A DNA stretch of 64,000 nt. Origin: Trichoplax adhaerens (lineage: Eukaryota; Animalia; Placozoa). Location of the stretch: NCBI RefSeq assembly GCF_000150275.1, contig NW_002060943.1, positions 9,518,209 to 9,582,208 on the forward strand, in the 5' to 3' direction. Shown piece by piece: positions 54,174 to 64,000 of this stretch (its first letter is position 1; each line of letters opens with the position of its first letter). The notes under the pieces are model-generated. The model was not told the origin of the DNA and did not search any database. It saw only the letters and a program-made list of their open reading frames with translations. The position numbers were made by a program, and so were the translations under genes.

Positions 54174-55892
54174 ATGTTAACTAAGAAATATTTGGAAACT
54201 TCCCAAAAAAATCTTTTCTGCAGTCCTTTTGCTGAAAGGAACACAGCATGCCCGAAAACAAACAGGATTCTACATGCTGCATCAGCTGCACCGATAGGTA
54301 ATCCCTTGTAAATTTTCAATATTTCCATTTTCTCATACCAATAACTCTAGCATGGGCAGTCTTTTAGCTTTTTAATTAATCTACTACTTGTATTTGTAAT
54401 AGCTGAACAAAACAGCTGTGAGTTTGGCTCCATGAAATACTATGCCTTTTGTGGTTTAGGTGGTATTTTAAGCTGTGGTATAACACATACGGCTGTTGTA
54501 CCGCTTGATTTGGTTAAATGTCGAATGCAGGTAACGAGATCAAAATTTTGTTAACCGTATAGAAATATTACAGTATATTCCTGTAATCATCAGTAACGTT
54601 GCCCTTTCAGGTGGATCCAGCAAAGTATAAGAATATCATAAATGGTTTTAAAGTAACCTTAGCTGAAGATGGAGTTCGAGGATTAGGCAAAGGTTGGGCT
54701 CCAACCTTCATTGGCTATTCTATGCAAGGTCTTTTCAAATTTGGTTTCTATGAAGTTTTCAAAACTTTATATAGTGAACTTTTAGGAGAGGTATTTAAAA
54801 AATTTATCCATCATCATTATTACCACTGTATATTTTCCAACTAATAAAATCATCAGTTTAGAGAGATCATTTTAACTTCTATATTATGCAATTGTTTTAC
54901 GTAAAGGAAAAAACATACTTGTATAGAACATCGCTATACCTGGCAGCTTCGGCCAGTGCCGAATTTTTTGCTGACATCGCCTTGTGTCCAATGGAAGCTG
55001 TTAAAGTACGTATTCAAACCCAACCTGGCTGGGCAACTACACTACGCCAAGGCTTACCTAAAATAATGAACGAGGAAGGTTTGCGAGGGTAAGAATTTAT
55101 TTGATACTTGTGTTAGTTTAAACTGACGATTTGATATTAACACAGTATTAACCGAAATTGGTAGACTTTACAAAGGTCTTCCTCCACTTTGGATGAGGCA
55201 AATACCTTACACTATGATGAAGTTCGCTGCTTTTGAACGCACAGTAGAATTTTTATACAAACACGTTGTACCTAAGCCCAGGTAAAAATTTTTAACAAAC
55301 GTAACAGTCTTTTTACTTCAAACATCGCGTGACTTGCTACTAATAATTTAATACACACATAGGAACCAGTGTTCGAAACCTGAACAATTGGTAATTACTT
55401 TTGCTGCTGGTTACATTGGTCAGTGATTACGCATTTTTTTACTATACCGAATTAACTCTGTACCTCTTAATTCTTATTAATCCTTACCCTATTATTTCTC
55501 AATGTAGCTGGAGTTTTCTGTGCAATTGTTTCCCATCCTGCCGACTCTGTAGTTTCAAAATTGAATAATGATAAAGGAAGTACTGCTGTACAAGCTGCTA
55601 AGTCTTTAGGATGGAATGGTAACTGGATTACTTATATCATCTATAATAACTTATCAAAATTCATTTTTTAAGCGAGTATGCAAATGTTCTAACGATGACT
55701 GCTCCCTTGCTTAATACATCCGTAGGCTTATGGAAGGGATTATTTGCTCGTATTATCATGATTGGTACGTTAACAGGACTGCAGTGGTTTATCTATGATA
55801 CTGTAAAGGTTATTTTCCGTTTACCACGCCCACCACCGCCCGAAATGCCCGAAAGCCTGAAACGTAAATTAGAGGCCAATGAAAGTCATTAG
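54174..55892 (+). CDS. SLC25A3: Mitochondrial phosphate carrier
   Basis: [39 protein letters not shown]|VDP; [21 protein letters not shown]; [25 protein letters not shown]; [10 protein letters not shown]; [12 protein letters not shown]; LQWFIYD; [12 protein letters not shown] probable 5' UTR intron runs from GTAAGT at ~53002 to the AG at ~54169. Confidence 0.97.
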
Positions 55893-57356
55893 TATTCATT
55901 TAATTAACAATTCGTTTACACCTGCGTTCCTCAAGCATAATCCTGAATCGGAAAAACGTTGATGTCGCATCTTGCAACATTCTGATATTAGTACACGCTA
56001 GAAATATTTAGTAATACGCATTTCAGCCTTGTTTTTAAGGATTGTCAATTCAAGAAGATCGTAGACTAGTTGATTAGTTGCTGGATTGCAAGTAAAGCCT
56101 TGCAAGAATTTGTAGTAAATAAAATGAGATCTGCTACTAAATTCGTGTGTATTCTTGAATTATAATTATTATAACGCTACCTAGATTCTTAAGAAACCCT
56201 TCTATACGAAATGACAAAATGAAGTCTAAGATTATTGATGCAGTGTTAGTAATTTTAAAATCATTAAAAATTTCAATTAGAAGTGTACCAAACATTAGCG
56301 ATTGAGATACTCTATGTAAAATAGAATCTTATACCTACTAGCCACATAATAAAATACAAACCATATCGTACATTAATAAACAGAATTGAGTTTTAGATGA
56401 ACCTTCGTCACTATATTACGGTATTAATTATTATAGTAAATGAAAGTATACTCAGCCTTAGATCTCTGGATAAAAAAGCGATCTAGCACAAAATCATATT
56501 TCTGAAACTATGGAATTCTTAACTAACCAATGATATAATATGTCGCTTTCGCGGACATTATTCTGTAATACAGTGTAATATTCTGCAGTTCTTAAAGTAT
56601 GGATAACGAGCCGGTATAACTTATTCTTTGATTGCAATCGAAATTTTGAAATACAGTATGTTAATATAAGTACTTGTTACACCTTACGACACAGCATACT
56701 GCTATAGAAACTTAATGGTATGATTGGGCTAGTATGATCTGCTTCCAAAAGCAATCGCAGAATCATGTAACGAGCACTCTATATCCAAATTTAAAATGAT
56801 TAAGTCTTATTTCAAAAATACAAGGCCGTAATTCTGCATTGCAATCATGACTCCTCACGTCTTAGTCTCTTAAAAAATATCTAGCTTATGGCATACGATC
56901 TTAGTACTCTATTCTTTTTTTCTATCGATTCGCATGAGATTTTTATGTATCGCTTTTCCGCCAATAATGATATATAATAACTATCATATTGCATATGAGA
57001 CATTTTAAATTGGTGTCAGTGCAGCGTACAGTATAGAGTCTCCCAAACGGGTCAATTTACACGCTTTATTATACCCATATCATGCAGAATTGCACATGCA
57101 CTCTACAAATTTACGCTTTATTGTATACTCGTATTTTGATAATATCTTATGGTTAGGGCTTAATTTCAATTTCAGAACCGAACCGAAATCGATTTGAATT
57201 GAAACGAGATCGTGAACATGAATAGATTTTTATGTAAGAAAGGGGCATACTGTGTTAAATTCCAGACACTGTTATGGAAAGCACAGCTTAAGTATTATAA
57301 AACGTAAGATACCGAATGTATTCGTATGTACAAGCTACAACTACAGTAGGTATAAA

Positions 57357-57402
57357 CATGGACTACTAGAAGCAATAGAAGCACTTGTGGTACTAGTCCA
57401 TG
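57357..57402. repeat. Mini hairpin (family member 2)
   Basis: CATGGACTACTAGAA...TACTAGTCCATG, with the same termini as 21629-21661. Confidence 0.7.
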
Positions 57403-57454
57403 ATTTACCTTAAAATATGGAAGGTATCCAACGAAAGGGTGGGGTTCTAAAAGC

Positions 57455-57468
57455 ATTACCATGGAGAC
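57455..57468. promoter_or_regulatory. RFX X-box upstream of the WD40 gene
   Basis: ATTACCATGGAGAC, which is GTCTCCATGGTAAT on the - strand and one mismatch from GTCTCCATGGTAAC. Confidence 0.55.
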
Positions 57469-57971
57469 CTGTGTATAACTTTTTAACTTTTTTTGTATAC
57501 TTGCCATACCATAGAACACAGTACTTTTTTAAAGTTTACTAGCCAATCAAGCACACCTACCTGTTCATCGCTAATAATTATAATACTTAATTAATATATT
57601 GTCTTACAAGTGTAATACGAATATACGAATTCTTGTATCCTCGCTATATCTGAATGAGTAAAGATAAATACTGTATTTCAAAGTAATTAGACGCAACAGG
57701 TGTTAAAAACCTGATCAAGTTCATCTGTTGATGCTATTCCCAGTAATTAAGTTCAGTATCAGTTGTATCAAATTGGACTACAGAGTTGGTGTGATAAAGC
57801 TGAAATTTTTTTAACTCATCTTCCAAAAACAAACACAACGATACTAGCGATAACTGGCCTACTCAAGATAATTGACCCCCTACCTGTGACGAAAACACTC
57901 ACTATGATTAAAGAAAATCACTTTTAGAGCAGAGCTAAAATCATGAATAGCCCGAAATAAAAGCTTTTAAT

Positions 57972-60900
57972 ATGAATAACGGTAATAGTAGTAAAGATAC
58001 ATTTCCATATCGATCAGTTTCTTATGGCATCCAATGGAAAGGAGTCTATGAACATGCATACAAGAACTGCGATATCGTGGGAGGTCCGTATTTCGTAAGA
58101 TATCATGTAAATTAACAATAATTAAATCAGCAGCTTAAGTGGACTTCAAACAGTACAATACGTATCCGGTACTTGTAAATTAACGTTACAACCAATTAAA
58201 AGAAGATTTCTAGATAATTATAAACGAAGGACAAAGAATAGATATTATCTGCTAGAATTCTCAAAGTTCATAATCTGAATAATTACTGGGTAAAAACTGA
58301 TCTAAGAATACTTAATCTTTTGCTTAGTAACCTACAATGAAAAAACTAGACAGGTTGCAATGTTAGATTCGCGTGGAATTACCTGCTGGAATAACGAAAG
58401 CGTTACCAATCCTAGTAACGACTAATCCAATAATTATTGTACTCTCATCACATGAACTCATGCTAACAAATTCACTATTCTTCTTCATTTCCAGTTACCA
58501 GACCTTTAACATTTGCGGCTTATCAATTTAACGTACTTCATCATATTATTTATGCTAAGAACTTTGATGTGTATTTCGCAGTTGCCAAGGATCATACTAT
58601 TAGAGTAAGTGATCCCCTTCGGCGTAAAAATCAATTACATTATATATTATCGATACAGATTTCACAAATATGCTGATGTTAGTTAGTATCCGACTAAAAA
58701 TGTACTGTTATATAGGTACTGAACAAGGACTTCATTGAGGTATTTCAAACTGCCTCCGAGTTGAGGGCCGTATTGTTTTTACTCTTTAATCCGAGAACAA
58801 ATGATCTTATTACTGGCGGTGCAGGAGGCATGAGAGTAAGCATATGAATTTTTAAGAACAAATGTCCAAGATTCTTATGCTTAAAACTGACTGTTATGAT
58901 ATGGAATTGTATTATAATTTAGATTTATGAGTATAAGCAACGGAAAAAGAAACCATTTGAACAAAGAGAGTCGATTCTGATGTCAGATTATAAGCTAAAC
59001 GTAAAGTAGGAGAGAAATTGGAATAATGGTCTTCATAAACTTTAGTGAATCTATTAACTGATCCTTTGGTTAATTAAATTTGTAGACAATTCTACCCCGA
59101 TGTCGGCGGAAGTTGGGTGAAGAAAATGCAGCTTAATCATAAAATGCAGGTAATATTTCTGATATAATTAATTTTAAAATTCTTAATAAGACTAAAGGGT
59201 GAAACAATTTTGCGTGAAAAACTGATTTAAAGTTGATCCGAAATCTAACTCTAGCACGTGTACTGCATGTCTGATACGGATGTCTTTGTATACGACTGCG
59301 TCGATGGCCACAAAATTTTTAAAATCACGAGGTACAAATAGAGAAATAGAACAACTTCTAATACTTCTTAATATCCATGAAATTCATATTAGCATGTATA
59401 AATATTTTTAGTGCTCACAAAGCTATGATAACAGGATGTGTACATTCCTTAGTATCAAGACTAGTTGTAACCTGTTCTAAGGATACATACGGTATGTTCC
59501 CCTGCAACTGTATAATTAATTATCGGTTAACCATACAGTACTATGTATTCAGATAGAAATAAAACACCTTAATCATGTAGGAATCATTAAGTTTTTATAT
59601 AATGAAATCCTAATTAACTTCTTACATCAGTGAAGGTATGGACTGATAATGGAAATCATTTAGCAACAATGAAAGGGCACTCTAAGGTACGTAAGATGCC
59701 GCCGTTATTTTTAATTTTTTTTTAAACAGTTTGGAGTAAAATTAAAAATAGTGGGAAGTACAGTTAATTTTATGTAACGTCACTTAAATAATTGTTCTAA
59801 ATTTTAATAATTCCTACTTACATGCAGTAAGAAAAGCAACGATATTTCTTTCGAAATACAATACATAAGTAACGCTCTCAAATGATAAGTTGACCTAATC
59901 ATATATTAATAAAATTTATAGGCAATTACTAATATGATTCAGCATCCAAATAGTGAGATGCTAGTGCTAACTTCTTCCTCTGACGGCACAATAAAAATTT
60001 GGTCTTTACATATCATGGCGCAGATCTATTCGTGAGTCACCGTAAAGATATAAAACCTAATTTTCATATCAGTCATAGATGTTAGTGTAAGTATCGGAAC
60101 GTAACAATTATTTTTAAATTACTAGGATATCAATTATGCCGTCCGGTATACCATGGATAGGCATAGCACATAACAACAATATTTATGTTGCTTCTAATCG
60201 GCAATGTGAAATGTGGTCATTAAACCATCTCGTCGATTTTTGGGCTAATACTTACTCTCCTGTGATTTCAATTTCTCTAGCATCGTTCACAAAAAAATTT
60301 ACTCATGTTATCGCACTTAGTGATGATAATAGGTTAGTCTTTTATAATAATATAACCAATGTTGTAAACTTTGTAAAGAGTCAGTGTTATTTACTGTATT
60401 AAACGAAATTGTGTGGGTTATAATGCACTCGAGATGAGATTATATTGTCGGTTTGCTGGTTTATAACTCTACTTAAATTTCACCTATAAGATTATTATAT
60501 CGTTTATAATATTTTTCAGCATTAGAATACTTTCCGTGAAAAAAAAGAAAAGAATAACCACAATCTTACCTCCACCAACACTTTCGGCATTAAGTCGCGT
60601 TATCGACATGGCATACAGTCGCTACCATAGTTTATTCTACGTTCTACTCAATCCTACAGAGATATGGATCTATACAACTCGGTAATGTAATATTTAACAA
60701 TCACCTGAAATCATGTCCAATTTTGCTTGACATAATTTATTATCGTATCATTGAAGCTCGATCCTAATATAAGTTTCATTTATGTTTTTAATTTAAAAAT
60801 TTTTTGTACGTTAAATTGGTAGGACCGACCCTGCATGTCGAATCACGGTATGGAATAAAGAAATCATCGAAAGTATTTTATATGATCGTAGTATCAGTAA

Positions 60901-63900
60901 AGGTAGACAAGAAAAGCAGGAAGTGACAAGTCTGGCAATTGTGAATAGTTTCATTGAAATTAATAGTACTACTTACGATTCCGAGAATATTGATCATTCG
61001 CTTAGAATAGACAGTAACGATTCTGAAGGGAGACCAAATGCTACAAATTTGCCCTCATTTTTAGCTATTGGAACAAAAGTTAGTGAAGTAATTGCATATA
61101 GGAATTTTTAAAAGATTAATTAGTGATGCATATGAAGATTACATTGTGATTAATGCAATTTTAGTGTTTACTCTTAATAATATAATCGAAGACACTGCTC
61201 AATCAAATAGTGAGACTAAAGTACATCTACTACTTTATTATAGAATGGAAGGATAGTATTTATTCATCCCGCTCACAAGGAACGAATTTATAAACGTCTT
61301 ACTTCCAGAGATCCGGTAAAGTATTATTTTTGTGGTAATACTCAGATATCACCCTTGATATATGCCCTAAATACCTAACGTTCAGCTAGTTACGTAATAG
61401 AGAACACTATTGCTTCACTAGGTGTCACAGATAAATCATGATGTAGAAGAGAAGAAACTAATCATTCTATCAATCCGGCGTGACCATAAGATCATTCAGT
61501 TTTTTTCATTGCCTAATCTCGAACTCAAGCATGAAGTACATTGCGCGATCACTCTGTCAAAATATTGCCTTATGGTAATTTATTTAGTTATTTATTATTA
61601 TTTATGTTACTATATCTGTCGAAATTTTATATAAACTTAAATTATTTGGTAAAATGCCTGAGTTTTGTATAATTTTATACGTTTTAGTCTCCAGTTTTAC
61701 TATGCGGTCATTCAGATGGAAAGTTAAGAAAATGCCATTTACATAGCGGTAGATTTTATCTAGCTTTATTATTCTTTTCATAATGTAAATTTATCGCATT
61801 TGCCAATCATCTGCTTTAAGTACGAGATAGATTCGGATTATAGTTTTAAAAATTTATAATTTATTTATTGTTCAGATCTGCTGTTATAATGATACTAATA
61901 AACGATGATTAGTGCATGTAGCACATAAAATATAAGTAAAAGCGATAATAGCAATTAATTAATACCTAATAGTAATTGTGATAATATTGCATGATTCACA
62001 TGTGTAGTAAAATTCTTCGAACTTTTGTAATAGCCAATATTTCCAAGAATGAAATGGTAGAAGTTGCTCCGTCTCATTTTAATTCGGTCTTGTGTATTGA
62101 TAAATGCATAAGTCGGAAGGTTTTTTTAACCTCTTGGTGAGCAACGTATAATACATACGCGTGTATATCAATACGAAGCATCTAATAGTGACGAGTAAAT
62201 TTATCTGGCTTAATGTTACTAACAATCTAATATCTTCGCGTTTATTGCAATTTCTGTTATAGCAAAGATGGTATTATCAAAGTTTGGGATATAAATGCCT
62301 GTCTTATTAGCGAAATCACCTTAGATCATACTTTATTGTCGGTAAACTTCTTACCAAAGCAAGGAGATATGCTATTAGGATTTAAAGGACATTTATTTTT
62401 AATACCTGCAACTAAAAGTAAGAGGGCAAGGATAACGTAAATTTTAAATGACTTTATTAAAAATTTATAGCTGATTTAAAATTTCTACAAGGAATACTAT
62501 GAATCATTAATTATTATGTCTGAAGTCAAAATTATCAAGTCTTCTGTTGCATAAATTTTTAAATATGTAAGATAGTGCTCTTATAAGAACATCTAATATT
62601 TGCCCGATCTGAACTTAGTTTTTCAGCGTGAAATTGAAGATGCTAATCAATCTGATCATTATTCAGGTCTGTCATATGAAATTCTTTTAATTCCCACGCA
62701 GTTTATCTTGATAACTGGTTAAAACTTTTATAATGCTAACTGCTAATGAAAATGAAGTCGATTAATCGTAATTTTTTATTGATACGTAACTAACCTTATA
62801 GATTCAGAAGTGGCAGTGACAGATAACTTTATTGACAGTGTTAACACGCCAGAACAAGTGACAATGGAGGATTACTTGGTACATTAGTCATTCCACTATA
62901 CTATGCGGTTCTTCAATTATAATTATTGGAAGAAAAACTTTAACATAGAATACTATTAACTGCACTACATTAGCACGTTTACAATGTTATATAACCTTAC
63001 AGTATTACATTGTTCTTTTATAATGATTAGATGCCCTACAAGCTATCCTTAGAAAATTCATGGTTTATCGAAAAGGATGATCAAACAGAAGGAAAGCGAG
63101 CACTTAAAAAAATATCAGAAATTCCCGTAAGATTCTGTGCCATATAACATATTGTACATGTTATTTACACTTTAAAACTGTAATTGTTGTAAAGAGATCT
63201 TAAGATTCCATCAAGATGTAAAATACTGATATGTATCGCAAGTTATGGAACTATTAATGATACTAATGTAGATAAATTCTGCCTAACACAAAATTCACCT
63301 ACTAAATATTATAGAAAAAGGTAGTTTCTGCGGAATCTGAAACCGATTATCGGGTTCCTATCGAAGTATATGAATCTTCGATGGAAGAAGAATCTGATAT
63401 TTCAATCAACTTTGAAGAGATATCTCTCGGGAAGTCCCCAATGAGCACTCCCTTTTCTTCAGAAGCTAGTGGAAGTGAAGAACTTACCGATATGAAGGTG
63501 CAAAAAAGTATTAGATATGAAGTGTACATGTAACTGACTCGGAACCTTGTTTATTAATTATATTTAGCAGTGCGTGCATATGTACAATATTGATTATGGC
63601 GACAAAGTTTAGATTTTTCTATAATTATTAGTTATGCATCTTCATTTGTTAATTGTTAGTTATGAGATCTTATATTGTTATAACATTATAAGTTAATTAA
63701 ATCCTGCTTAAATTATTCCTTAAAATCCTTATTTAAATATTCATTATAGAAAAGCGATAATTTTCCTCAATGGGATGGTACAACGGAACTGAGTTAGTTG
63801 AATAACTAGGCTGCAGATTAGATATTAGCTTCAGTCAGTTTAAGATCTGATCTCCTTCTGATTTAAATAATATTGTTGCATTAGATTTCAATGATTATAA

Positions 63901-64000
63901 CAAAATCAAAAGGTTACATTTGAACAGTATTTAAATTATTCATTATAGACAAATCACCAGATGTTATCCAACTGGAATACTTATTAGCATCGTCGCAAAA
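57972..64000 (+). CDS. WD40-repeat protein, WDR87/WDR97-like (5' portion, truncated by window end)
   Basis: Spliced N-terminus MNNGNSSKDTFPYRSVSYGIQWKGVYEH...VTYNEKTRQVAMLDSRGI; IIYAKNFDVYFAVAKDHTIR|VLNKDF; FNPRTNDLITGG; WD repeats AHKAMITG...TCSKD, GHSK|AITNMIQHP...TSSSDGTIKIWSL and KDGIIKVWD; acidic exons toward the window end. Family assignment by eye. Confidence 0.75.

Noticed and set aside
54403-54610. Mutually exclusive duplicate exon as in vertebrate SLC25A3 (A/B isoforms)
   Set aside because: Only one copy is present, and the flanking introns are too short to hold another.
1-64000. tRNA, rRNA, snRNA or snoRNA genes
   Set aside because: No cloverleaf or recognisable conserved RNA motifs found by eye. 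An Infernal/Rfam scan would be needed to exclude intronic snoRNAs.

Overview
AT-rich (roughly one-third GC), gene-dense, intron-rich eukaryotic DNA from an animal. The short introns and abundant CAGTA/TACTG repeats suggest a placozoan such as Trichoplax, which is an inference. I traced ten spliced genes by hand: SNX5/6-like sorting nexin (-), NSUN5 (+), a fused pseudouridine-5'-phosphate glycosidase/pseudouridine kinase with a predicted mitochondrial presequence (-), APEX2 (+), LRGUK (+), SLC35E3-like (-), inner-arm dynein DNAH6 with one 9.2 kb exon (-), NDUFAF3 (+), SLC25A3 (+) and a WDR87/WDR97-like gene running off the right edge (+). There is also a probable signal-peptide first exon at the left edge. 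Non-coding structure: a 167-bp tandem repeat, two foldback/MITE-like elements with telomere-like ends, a dispersed mini-hairpin family, two U12-type introns in adjacent genes, RFX X-boxes upstream of the three ciliary genes, and many GTT splice donors. CAGTA/TACTG pentamer arrays sit just upstream of most gene starts and are the best candidate for an undescribed regulatory system. No tRNA, rRNA or CRISPR array was seen. CDS coordinates span start to stop codon including introns.
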